From: Lama guanicoe
Lineage: Eukaryota
Assembly: GCA_013239625.1 (NCBI GenBank)
Contig: MU056000.1
Coordinates: 10,303,175 to 10,367,174 of the forward strand
Length of the DNA: 64,000 nt
Direction: 5' to 3'
This document shows positions 52,726 through 64,000 of this stretch, piece by piece. Position 1 is the first letter of the stretch. Each line of letters starts with the position of its first letter. The notes beneath the pieces are model-generated. The model saw nothing but the letters and a program-made list of their open reading frames with translations, was not told the origin of the DNA and did no database searches. Made by a program: the position numbers and the translations under genes.

Positions 52726-52988
52726 CAGCCCTTTCTCGCACCTGTATCGTCCGCAGTGCTGGCAGCATCCTAGCCCGTGTAGTCGGCTCCAGTCTTGTCT
52801 GGAGGTGTGCCCAGGGTCGGGCACATTACGCAGATGCAGCAATAAAAATACCATTGTACTATAATTTATTTAAATAAATTCCTATATATATTTCTCAATT
52901 TTCACTGTTATAAGCACACATTTGTTATGTCTGTGATTATATCTGTAGGTAAGTTTCCAGCATTGGAATTGCTAGATCAAAGGGTTTA

Positions 52989-53180
52989 CTATTGACCCTT
53001 CAACAACATGGGTTTGAATTTCACGGGTCCACTTACACGCAGGTGTTTTCCAATAGCAGATACTATGGCACGGCACAACCTGCAGCTGGTTGAACCTGCT
53101 GACGCAGAACCATAGATACAGAGGAACCATGTATGCAGAGGGTCTGCATCCCAACCCCAGCATCGTTCGGGGGTTAGCGG
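52989..53180 (+). mobile_element. MER8-like (Tigger2 family) MITE
   Basis: TA-ctattgacccttcaacaacatgggtttgaa... TIR; degenerate 3' TIR followed by TA. Confidence 0.75.
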
Positions 53181-53590
53181 TACTTCCTTAAAGTTAGGAG
53201 TGTATCTTCCTTCGCCAGTAGTAACTGGGTACCTCTAATGAGGCTGGTTGACTAGGTCAAGGGGAAACTGTACCTAAAATTCAGACAGTTATTGCTGTGC
53301 TGTAGCTAGAATGCCCTCCAGGTGGTAGTGTGTGCTGTGGTCTGAGAAGGATGCAGTGGACTCCCAGGTTAGACAGGATGTTAGACTGAAAGGCTGCTAG
53401 GACTTGGTAGATAAACCAAGAACTTGATTCTACTGGTCAAAAATTTGTGATCATGTCAGTATGCACTTAGCTAAACCACATCCTGGCTGTCTCTTTGAGA
53501 GACAAGTTGATTAATGGTCTAAAAAGACACTTAAATTATACCTAGTGATTTTTTTAAGCATTCTTAAACATTTTAGAAACAACCATTTGC

Positions 53591-53663
53591 ACATATTATA
53601 TGACCATTAAAATCATTTTTATCTACTAATGATAAAAATGATTTTAATGGTCATATAATATGT
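53591..53663. repeat. Perfect inverted repeat, 33-bp arms, 7-nt spacer
   Basis: ACATATTATATGACCATTAAAATCATTTTTATC-tactaat-GATAAAAATGATTTTAATGGTCATATAATATGT, checked base by base. Confidence 0.97.
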
Positions 53664-55398
53664 TGGGACTGTTGGGAATCATGTGAATCATGTTAACACC
53701 CTCTTCCCTGTCCTGCTCCCTGTGACTGAGTGACTCCCACACGTCTCACCGTGTGCTGTGGACCCTCAGTCATCCTGCTTGCTTTCCTGTGGGCCAGCTC
53801 TTAGGCTGTCACACCTTCCTAATCGGATTTGACCCTGTTGCACTGGGGAGGAGAGAGGCGAGGGTTCTACTATTGTGCAGTCAGTGTCCCAGGAACTGAG
53901 TCTCCTCACCCTGAACCCTGAGGATTCTACCTGAAGAGGAAAAACCACCCTGCAGTCCTTTTCCTGGGACTTGCTCCTCTCTCTGCCCACACGTTCCTGA
54001 TCAGTGTTGAAAGGCACTGGCTTTTCTGAGCACCAGCCGCGGGGCAGGAGCAGCTGGCGGCCACGGTGACCGTTTGATTTGACTTTGGGGCTTGCTCCTC
54101 TTTGTTGGCCTCAATACGAAGGGAGATATAAGAAAGAATGAAAATAAACAAAATAAACATCTAACTCAACGTATTAGAAGAGAAACAAAATTTTTTTAAA
54201 AAGTGAAAGGAATGAATTCATAGAGATAAAAGCAGAAATTAAAGAGTTGGAAAACAAAAATAGTAAAATAAGAAATAAAACCAAAAAGTTCCTTCTTTCA
54301 AAATGTACACTGCATGGATGGACTTGGGTCCCCAAAGCTGTGCTTAGTGATGACGTCCGCTTCAGCCTGTTACTCTTAAGGGGGGAAACGGGACAAGTAT
54401 TAAGAGGTTTTAATTTGATGGGAAATAATAAGTGTTCTTGTAGCTTTTATTGGGCTTTTTATTTAAAGATAAATAAAGATGGTTCAGATGTTGAAATACT
54501 TCTTGATCACCTCTGTATGTCCAGCTGGGGTGCTTTGGAAATTTTAAAAGTACTATTACCTGTACCCCTAGGAGCTTTGTAAATTCAGGTTAAGAAAGGA
54601 AATTAATTAATATGTACCAATTAGAAAGTAATCAGTCACACGGATCATTGTCACACTAATCCAGGGAGAAAAGTCATCAGTAGTCAGCTAAGAAGATTTG
54701 CTTGAGGTTCTGCAGAGGCTCTAACAATGAAAACAGTCGCCTGCAGAAACTACAATCCAGGGGAGAGAGAGAGTTTTGGATAAGTGAGGCCAGCATGACA
54801 ACTACTTCCTACAGAAGAAGGATGTGTGAGTGTCACAGAGAGATTAATTTTAGCTGGGTGATCTGTGTGTACTAAAGGATGTCGAGGCTTCATGAATAAC
54901 TAAGAAACGAATAATTTGCTTGAATTAAAATATAGGCTGCTGATATTGCTACGTAGCCTACCGACAAGTGATGTGGGCAGTGTGCTGGGGGAAGCCCACC
55001 CGATCCAGGCGACTCCACAGCTTCTGAAATGGCCATGATCTCACGTGGCGGGAGTGTACCTGACAAGAAAATGGCTAGATCTGAAATGGGTCTGGGGCTG
55101 TGATGTAAGCCAGTTTGTACTGTTTCTAATTATTTGATAACCAGGAACAGAATCTGTTAACATACAAATCACTGTCCTTTTCATCTTAACTTTCCTCTTT
55201 TGTCCATCTCCTCTTACTCGGTTTTTAAATTAATGCTCGGGGTTTTGTTGTTAAATACTGTGTGATTTTACAAACATGGATTCTGTAATGTCACAGGCAG
55301 GCCCCTGTATTTTCTGATGTATGAGATTTTCTTGCCCTAATTTCAGCCTCATGGACCGTGTGGGCAGGAAGTGTGACTGGTGATCTGGTTTCTTCCAG

Positions 55399-55547
55399 GC
55401 GCTGGAGGATCGACCCAGCTCCCTCCTTGTCGACCAGGGAGACAGTAGCAGCCCCTCCTTCAACCCTTCTGACAATTCCCTTCTCTCCTCCTCCTCGCCC
55501 ATCGACGAGATGGAAGAAAGGAAATCGAGTTCTTTAAAGAGAAGGCA
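55399..55547 (+). CDS. TRIO: TRIO coding exon ([15 protein letters not shown]...[11 protein letters not shown])
   Basis: ttcttccag| ... GCA|gtaaga; 149 nt, phase 0/2. Confidence 0.97.
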
Positions 55548-56620
55548 GTAAGACAGGCGTTTTTGTTGTCATTGTTTGGCGGCTTCCTCCTGTCTGTCAT
55601 CTTCAAAGCTGTGACTGGGGTGCATGTCTGAGTCAGCACGAGGAAGAGACCTGGGGTCTCTCGCTGAGGGATTGTGCAAGTGGTCGCAGGGTGCTCAGAC
55701 CCTCGGGGAGGCACAGTAAGCCCTAGCTGCAGTTTCTCGTGTTTCATTTGTGTATTTTACTGTATTCATAAGTCAGAATGACACAAGAATATCTTCTGTC
55801 ACTTCTGGTAAGAAACCACTATACATTCTATTGTATACGTAGTTGTGAAGAAAAAGAAAGCAACGTAAAATTAAATACAGTCCCCCAAACTTGAATACTT
55901 TTCAAACATACCTTAGTGGTAGAATTTTTTAGTTCTGTAAAGCAGCTTATAGTGAAAAAAAAGCCCTCAAAGCTATTACAAAAGGTTTAAAATTGCATTT
56001 GGAGAAGAGACCTGGTTTTATTGAGGGCTGTACGATGTTGTGCACATAGGTGAGCCTCATCAGTGCTGACTGAATGAACAAACCTTTATAGGCCAATTGA
56101 GGTGGTTTGCTGTACCTGATCAAGTAATTGTCTTATATTACCTGTGTGGCCGCAAACAGTTACTGAACCTTGCAAAAAGAAACTTCTAAATGATGTGATC
56201 AGATCCAAGGCTTTAGACATCTGGGTTACCTTTTTTTTTTTGTATGTCCAATGAACCTTTGAATTGAATCATTAAAACACAAAGAAGCAAGAAACTTGCT
56301 TCCTTTAACATCGTGCCTTTATAACAAAGTTACATCTAAACTTCTCTTGGTCATCACACACGTGCTGAGTCCAGTCATGTGAATTCACCCTGGATGCAAG
56401 ATGTCTCGTGACTTCAGCAGCTCCCATGGGTCACCCATGTGAACCTGTGAGTGACTCGGGACACACAGGAATTGGAGACCCAGTTGTGCAAGTTTGATAG
56501 GTTACTACACCATCCCTGCAGAAATCTCATCTGATAAGAACAAAAGAGCAAAATAATTCTTTTAGAAAATTTCTTAGCATGGATTGTAAACACTGCTTTT
56601 TCTCTTTTTTTTTTTCCCAG

Positions 56621-56687
56621 CTACGTTTTGCAAGAATTAGTGGAGACAGAGCGTGACTATGTGCGGGACCTCGGCTATGTGGTTGAG
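56621..56687 (+). CDS. TRIO: TRIO coding exon, start of DH2 ([23 protein letters not shown])
   Basis: Poly-T tract cccag| ... GAG|gtatgt; 67 nt, phase 2/0; [10 protein letters not shown] is the DH conserved region 1 motif. Confidence 0.97.
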
Positions 56688-58019
56688 GTATGTGTTTTCA
56701 GAGATTTAATAACCTATATCAGCCCTGAGAGTTGTCATAGGGGTATCATGCTGGAGAATTGAATGCTAATACCGTCTCAAAAGCTTCAAAAACATTTTCG
56801 ACGAAAACAAAACGCAGTAACAACAACCAACAAAATATTTCTGAAAAATCAATTTAGCCAGTTACCTCAACAATCTGTCTTCACTTTGAGGGGCCTTTTT
56901 TTTCTTGGCATGGTACATCTTGACATAGTCTCTTTTTTATAATTCAGTTTGTAAATACTGTCTCCAACCATTGAATTTATTATATGGAAATCTTGCCTTT
57001 AATTATTTTCAAGAGTGGGTACCACCACGGAAATGAGAACATCATTGGTTGAACCGTCATTGTAGCAACTTCTGCATCCACCTGGTTCAGAGCTTGGTCT
57101 GTGGCTACTACCCCAGGCCATTTGCTTGTAGTTTTCACAGAACGAATGTGTCACCACTTGCATTGACCAGAAGTTGCTGTGCACTTTGTAGCTATAGCAA
57201 AACTTCTGCCTTTCATACTAAATCGAGGGTCATCTCTAGGCTTATCCTACCATTAAGTTCAGGGCATAATCATACTAATAAACTCAACTCATCAAAAAGC
57301 TATTTTTGTAATAATCTTTATCACTTATTCTTTCAGCTTTGCTGATATGTACAGAGCAGTACTTTCTAGGTGTACATTCCATTAAAAGTAATGGCTATTA
57401 CAGTTACTTCTATAACATAATAGATTGAACATGCTTGTTCTGTCTGCAGTTCATTACTAACAATGAAATAAGTAACTTGGAAACTTCAGAGGTTCTTATA
57501 CAGACTGAATCCCATTTTGAGTTATAGAGAAATTTTAAACCACATTTTGGCAACCTAGTTAATCAACTGATGTTAAAAATCAATTTGTGAAAAGTATATT
57601 GTTAAATCCTTATTTAACAAATTATGTAAATAATCTAAAAAGAAAAGAAAATCTGTTTATATCAGATAAATACTGACAGCAAAGGAAACATGCTTCTGGA
57701 CAAATATTTAATATTTACAAGCTGACAAAATAGTTTTATCAAACCATTTACATTTACTTAATCTTTCCAGGTCCTTAGAAGAGTTTTGACCTGTGAATAT
57801 TAAACAGTTCAGGGCGAGAAAATCATGGCAATGACTGTAACTATATTTCAAGTGCCAGTTGAGAATACATTTCACAAAGGGTTTTTGTTCTTAAATAAAG
57901 AATTGGTTTACAAGACAGGCACAGGTCTGTTTTATCCTTTATGACCGCCAATCAGTAAGCCATCACTTGACTCAAACATGTTCAGTGAAATCATCTTATT
58001 TTTAAATCTTTCATTTTAG

Positions 58020-58123
58020 GGCTACATGGCACTTATGAAAGAAGATGGTGTTCCCGACGACATGAAGGGAAAAGACAAGATTGTGTTTGGCAACATCCAT
58101 CAGATTTACGACTGGCACAGAGA
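58020..58123 (+). CDS. TRIO: TRIO coding exon, DH2 ([34 protein letters not shown])
   Basis: ttttag| ... AGA|gtacgt; 104 nt, phase 0/2; [15 protein letters not shown] motif. Confidence 0.97.
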
Positions 58124-58479
58124 GTACGTAAAACACATGCCGTGTGCGGTGGTGAGCGCTGCGTCTTCGCTCGCTCCGCTGCCTCATGGCAGGCACATGG
58201 TGAAGGATATTTGTTGATTCGTTTCATGCCGTGACCTGTTGGCCTTGTGGACGTAGTCGGTGTAAAGGAACTACTTCTGCATTGAGGACTTTCGTGGTTG
58301 CATTTTGTGGCAGGTGGAAGCCTCTCACCTTCCCTCTGTGGGTCCATCCCAGGCCCGTGCTGGGGGTGGCTGGAAGCCCAGGCACCCAGCGTGACTGCCT
58401 AGTCCTGACCCCCAGCCCTTTGCTTCCCCTGTCTGTGCCTCCATTCTTCATCTCCACAACCTGGGTCAGAGTGGTACCC

Positions 58480-58575
58480 ACCCCCGGGATTGCTGTGAAG
58501 AGTGACTGACTTAATATAATACATGTAAGGCGCTTAGAACCACATCTGCGTGGAGTATGCCTTAATAAGTGTTTC
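58480..58575 (+). mobile_element. MIR 3' fragment
   Basis: gattgctgtgaagagt...taatataatacatgtaaggcgcttagaac. Confidence 0.55.
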
Positions 58576-59264
58576 TGAGTAGAATTGCAGCCATGTCTTC
58601 GGTGAATACAAATTACTGTTAGAGTTTTTTTTTCAAGTCAGTAAGTGATAGTTCAGGTAGGCATACATCTTACCAACAAATACGGCCCAGAAGAAGTGAA
58701 GACAGTTTTGCTTCTGTGGTTATACCTAATTTTGATCTTAAAGGGAGCTAATGTTTGTGACCTCAAAATTGATTTTGATTATATTTGAGAAAATTTTACA
58801 AGGCTGGCACAGGTCGCATTCAGTATTTTGTATCTGTTATTATCCAATTTGAGCCTCTTAAAAATCACCATGGAAAGAATACGAAACTCACAGGTAAGAG
58901 GACCAAGTTTTTAAAAAGCAAAATGACCGATTGCTTTGAAACACTTATGTTTTTTTACCCCATATTCAAATGAGATGTTAGTGTTTGCATCATTTAAAAA
59001 ACGAAAGTGAAACAAAAATGTTGATGATGCAAAGGAAGGGAAGGTTGCCAGTCAAGGGATGTCTCTCTCTGCCTTGCCTTTTTAAACTGTCCCCTTTTGC
59101 TTTCTGTCCTAACAATGTTTTCAGTGTGCATTGTATTTGTTAAGTATATACTTTACACTTCCCAATGGCTCGTGTCAAAACAGGCTATTTGGAAAATGTA
59201 CACCTCAATCTAAAATTGGAAGGCCAAATTGGAAATGGGTCTCATATTTCCCCTCTCCTTTCAG

Positions 59265-59334
59265 CTTTTTTTTAGGAGAGTTGGAGAAGTGCCTTGAAGA
59301 TCCAGAAAAACTGGGATCCCTTTTTGTTAAACAT
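59265..59334 (+). CDS. TRIO: TRIO coding exon, DH2 (DFFLGELEKCLEDPEKLGSLFVKH)
   Basis: cctttcag| ... CAT|gtaagt; 70 nt, phase 2/0. Confidence 0.97.
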
Positions 59335-59689
59335 GTAAGTACAATAGCAGGATTTATCTTCTGCTCTCTGTTGTCATACTTGGTCATTGGTTTGCCACAT
59401 TAAAGGAGAACGCACTTATAGTTTACAAAAATGCTTATATTAAGAACAAAATAGAACTGTACAGTGTCAGCTGGTTGGAATTAAAATTCCCCGTTGCTCT
59501 TCTACATGTAAATGGTCTGCTTTCCCTGTCACCTGGCTTCCAGTGGGCTGTTTAGCTCACGAATGGTACAGGATGGTCAGAAGGGAGACCAGAGCCAGAC
59601 CAGAAGCAGGAACATTTGGGGATGTCTGTGGGCAAACAGGTGTCCGGTGCAGATGGTGATGCACCTAGACGTGCAGTGGGTTTAATGCA

Positions 59690-60885
59690 GTAGCCAAATA
59701 TATGTGTACGTAACTAAAATAAGTATGTTAATGGCTAAATTTTTTTTTTAGGAAAAATTACTATATTTTCAAAAAAACAGTGACCAGAGTTTTTGTATTT
59801 TTGCAGATCTCCTTAATGTGTGGCTTAATAGAAGAAAGATGCGTTTTTATATCTATTTCTGTATTGAACCTACTGTCATATGTTTTTTAGTTAAAATTTT
59901 TGGGGAAAAAAATATCCTTACACAGATATTTGATTGGAAAGGGATGAGTATTTTAATAGCCTTTTCAGATAATTATAGACAGTTTTCTTAGATACTACAC
60001 AAAAACTCAGCAAGTGATCATTTCTTAAAGGTTAGTTACAACATGGAACCTGAAAACCCACTGGTGAACCTCTCCCTTGCTGTTACACTGTCATTGGACT
60101 GTCTCTCACGTAAAGGCTCCTTCACCCCTGCGCCAGCTTGCAGCTTCCTGCACTGGTCTGTTGGAAAATATTGGTTCACTGATTTAGACACATCTTCCAG
60201 ATGCTGAAACATTTCAGTAAACAGTATGGAAAAATCAGATTTGTTCGTATCACCACGCATCTCTCCAGACAAGTCTTTAAGTATCGTCAAGTACAAGGTG
60301 GCAGATCCATGTTTTCCAAAATTCTAATTTTTTGCTTGAAAGCTCAAATTTTCATTACTAACAGACATTGCCAGTTGTTTGCCTTAAAACAGCAGGCTCT
60401 TCTGTTCCTGTTCAGGGAAATGTCTACCCCATACCCATGTGTAAATAATTAGAGTTTGTGTCCATCATTCTTTCAAGTAAAAATGGTGGTCCACGGAAAC
60501 AAGCCGTTGTTTCAGGTCACAGCTCAGTCCCACGAGTGCATGGCCTTGGCTACTCTCATACACGGCAGAAGTGTCACGAGGACCTCTGTCTTGTCATAGA
60601 AATGTTAAAAAGATGTCTACTACTTGGTGGTTGAGTTTTATTAAAACGGCTTTTTATTCCTTCATTAAGGGCATTCTCAGGTGAAAGTGGCATGTGAAGG
60701 ATATTTGCTAAGCTGCCTGCAGTTTCTCCCACCGCTGGTTTCGCACATCAGTGCAAATGGTAGCACAGTGGAGAGGGCAGGTGACAGAATAATAGTATTA
60801 TTTTGAAAATAGTTTTGACCTAATGGATCCCCGAAGAGCCTCAGGGACCCCAGGGGGTGCCCACCACACTTGGAGGATCACACAT
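59690..60885. mobile_element. Charlie1-like hAT DNA transposon remnant
   Basis: ttccaaaattctaattttttgcttgaaagctcaaatttt and end motif aatagttttgacct...cccaccacactt resemble Charlie1a/b; decayed transposase-like text on the minus strand. Confidence 0.65.
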
Positions 60886-61277
60886 TAAGGGATGTCTCAC
60901 TGTCTACTTCCTCCCTGCCTTCAGGACTTGAGATTAAGAGCTTTTTTCAACCTACCGAAAAGAGCCAGGCTTCCTGGGACCATTGGCAGGGATTGAAGGG
61001 GTGGGAGTGATGCTTGGCTTAATATTAAGCACTGTGCCCTTTCATTGCCTCTGATGTTTGCTGGGGAAAGTGCAGGGTTTGATGTATCTGAGGGAGCGAT
61101 AATGAAGGACTGTTTTTGGAGCCAGAAAGCAGAATGTCCACCCACGTCATGAATCTGGAATGCGCTCCCAAGAGTCTAAACCATGCGGTTTTATTTGAAG
61201 CACAGTTCCTTTATGAATGAGCTGACATGCGCACGTGCTCCTCTGTTCTAACCCAGCTGTTTGCCTTTCATTCCCAG

Positions 61278-61367
61278 GAGAGAAGGTTGCACATGTACAT
61301 AGTTTATTGTCAGAATAAGCCAAAGTCCGAGCACATCGTCTCAGAATACATTGATACTTTTTTTGAG
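61278..61367 (+). CDS. TRIO: TRIO coding exon, DH2 ([30 protein letters not shown])
   Basis: ttcccag| ... GAG|gtaaga; 90 nt, phase 0/0; YCQNKP DH motif. Confidence 0.97.
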
Positions 61368-61936
61368 GTAAGAACTAAGTTAGAATCTTTTGTTAACAGT
61401 TGATTTCCAAAATTTGAAGTATCGTTTGTTTCCCAGGAGATTAAGCAATCATCCAGAAAGTTAGCCTGTTATGAGTTCTTAACCTCTATTTCCTTCCTAG
61501 AAGTCAGAGAAATGAGTGTGAGTTCAAGCTATGATCGTGTCTCTTAGCATTCAGAGGACTAGTGTCCTGGTTAAAGTAAGGGTTTTTTATTAAATCAGTT
61601 TCAAACTTAAGACTCATTACAAACCCAAAATAATTTATGATCTAAACTTTTAGCCTGGAAATAAAAATCCTTATATGAATAAAAGGAAGCAAATGAAAGA
61701 AGGACTTTTAAAGCAAGTGTGGCGGACCATTTTGAGAAACAGCTCAGAAAGGTTCAGGTGTCAAATTTGGACGTTCTGAGCCGTCGCACAGCACTGGTTG
61801 GCTGTGTGCAGTGTGACCTCTTTCCTGGTTACTTCTACCGTGGTGTCGTCAGCATTCCTGACAATGACAGGCACTGAAAACAACTGCCTTTTAAAAGACA
61901 GCACTGAAGATCCTTGTTTCTGCTTTGAAACCACAG

Positions 61937-62029
61937 GACTTAAAGCAGCGCCTTGGCCACAGGCTGCAGCTCACAGATTTGCTGATCAAACCAGTGCAGA
62001 GAATCATGAAGTACCAGCTGCTGCTGAAG
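61937..62029 (+). CDS. TRIO: TRIO coding exon, DH2 ([31 protein letters not shown])
   Basis: ccacag| ... AAG|gtgagg; 93 nt; [15 protein letters not shown] is DH conserved region 3. Confidence 0.97.
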
Positions 62030-62766
62030 GTGAGGGCTGGCCGGGTCACGCCCGGTGGCGGGAGGGCGAGACTCGGGGGGCAGGGAGGCTTTGGCAGGTG
62101 ACGGGGGTATTTCTGTAAAAAATACGAGACAGTCTTGTTATTCCTGATTTTAAATATTCCAGAGTAAACTTTTTTAATTGAATAAAACACCTTACACTAT
62201 TTCCTCGATGTTTTCATTGACGTGAGGTTCTGAACCAAAATGTCAGTGAAAGTGAGCGTTTCTCCCCCACGGGTCTTTGATACTAATGAGCTTTCTTTGG
62301 CTCCATCCACCTTACATGTTTTCTCATCTTCTTGGCACTTCCAATCAAATTAAATGTTTAATCCCTGCCCGTTCCTCTGTCGGTTCCACAGTAGCCATTG
62401 ATTGATTCGGATTCTTGAGCACAGCTGAGGGCAGAGTCACACCATTTTCCATGATAAAAGTGACTGTTTAAATATACTGCAATTCCTTCATGTATAAAAC
62501 TTGGAACCTGGATGTAAAGAGAGATGGGAGCTTGTCCTGGAGTCAGGCGGCAGCCGTGACCTGCTTGGATAGATCTGGTCTGACTTTGCTCTGCTGGAGC
62601 TTGAAGTCCACATAGGAATCCCTTTCCCTTGTGTTACTGGGAGGCAAAGATGAGGACATGGGCCTCTAGGGCTTAGCCAGGCCCTGGCACATCATGCGTG
62701 ATCAGAAAGGGGACTGCTGTTGTGACCGTCGCCCTCGTCATGGCCTTCTCTCCATTTCCCTCGCAG

Positions 62767-62817
62767 GACTTCCTCAAGTATTCCAAAAAAGCCAGCCTGG
62801 ATACATCAGAACTGGAG
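62767..62817 (+). CDS. TRIO: TRIO coding exon, DH2 (DFLKYSKKASLDTSELE)
   Basis: ttccctcgcag| ... GAG|gtactt; 51 nt, phase 0/0. Confidence 0.96.
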
Positions 62818-63079
62818 GTACTTACACCCCGCTGGGCCTCCAGGGTCTGCCCCGGCTCCCCAGCCCGTCTCTCAATCCCCATGTGTCTGAAGTAGCTCGT
62901 CCCTGGGAGGGAGGGATGGTTGCTGCGGGTGGTGGCGGGTCTCCCCATCCTGGACGTGCCCCTGCAAGCTAGAGGTGGGAGAGGGAGAGGAACTGAATGT
63001 GGGGGTGTATTTGACGGTTAGCACACTTGCTTCGCCCCCGAGGAAGCGATCGCTCACTCTGCTTTCCCCCGCCCCGCAG

Positions 63080-63157
63080 AGAGCCGTGGAGGTCATGTGC
63101 ATAGTCCCCAAGCGGTGCAACGACATGATGAACGTCGGGCGGCTGCAGGGATTTGAC
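63080..63157 (+). CDS. TRIO: TRIO coding exon, end of DH2 (RAVEVMCIVPKRCNDMMNVGRLQGFD)
   Basis: ccccgccccgcag| ... GAC|gtaatg; 78 nt; gene continues past the window (PH2 onward). Confidence 0.97.
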
Positions 63158-64000
63158 GTAATGCGGCTGTTCTTCTTTAAACTCGCTCCTCTGGCTGCCA
63201 TCCCTTTCTTTGGTCTCGGATTCTGTATCTCCACCTGTAGAAAGCTGATCCTTTTTGCTTGGTTTTCTGTCTTCTCTCGCTCTCCTTCAACCTGATTGAT
63301 GTTTTCTTTCAACTTCTTTCGGTATATTTGATTTGCTCCTTGGGGACCTTCCTCTGCTCCAAGCCCAGTGCCTCGTGGCGGAAACCGGCAGGGCTCTGCT
63401 TAGTCTCTTGGGCCCTCTGCTCCTGCAAGAGCGATGTTTCCTTTCCCGGCACGGAGTGGGAAGCAGGTGGCCAGTCCATCTGTCATCCCTGGAAGCATGA
63501 CTCAGAGTCACTGTGCTCATCATTAGTCTGCAGACTTCCCTATGAGTTGCTAGACTACTCAGATTACACATTACCTATGAGTATTCTAAGGATATTCAGA
63601 ACCAGAATCCTTCCCCCCCCCCCAATTTGATTATTGAGTGAAGAGACAGGAGTTTTTCCTTTTCTTGCCTACTGTTTTGCTAGAGGATTGGGTTTAACGT
63701 GCTGGGGCTGTGGTTCTCAGAGAAGTACACCCAGACTCTCCTGGAGAGCTTCTGGAAACCCAGGTTCCCAAGCAATGTGACCAGGTCCCACTGGGGGTGC
63801 TGGTGCCGCTGGGCATGGGACTGCACTTGAGAAGCGTTCTTCCACTGCAAACGAGATCCTGAGACCCACTGTCAGGCTTTGATTGTAACTCACGCCAGTG
63901 CAGTACACGAAGGTCGGCAAGAATTTGACATGGGTGATTTTTCTTTTTGGGGCTCAGAACTCATTAGAATAAAAGACATTTTTAGACTCTATAAACGAAT

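Noticed and set aside
11742..63079. U12-type or non-canonical introns
   Set aside because: All constitutive introns are GT-AG and none has the GTATCCT U12 donor
1..64000. Prokaryotic-type systems (CRISPR arrays, operons, intact transposase or RT ORFs)
   Set aside because: Sequence is mammalian exon-intron DNA; no spaced direct-repeat array or intact mobile-element ORF was seen

Overview
Mammalian intronic/exonic DNA from the middle of the TRIO gene (Trio Rho GEF) on the + strand. A Vic-1-type tRNA-derived SINE suggests a camelid. Twelve constitutive coding exons (11498-63157, 1506 nt, 502 codons, all GT-AG, phases consistent) encode the first SH3 domain, the Ser-rich linker and the second DH (RhoA GEF) domain. 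The gene extends beyond both window ends. The window also holds the 19-aa alternative terminal exon of the membrane-anchored Trio8/Solo isoform (51007-51066). Inside the 35.8-kb intron after the SH3 exon there is a well-supported internal promoter with a phase-compatible coding first exon (30073-30187) and two weaker candidates, which would give Duet-like short TRIO isoforms lacking GEF1. Two perfect intronic inverted repeats occur (35-bp arms at 40208-40285; 33-bp arms at 53591-53663). The rest is ordinary old interspersed repeats (L1, L2, MIR, MLT, Tigger, Charlie/MER). Repeat family names and boundaries were recognised by eye and are approximate. Most listed ORFs are spurious.
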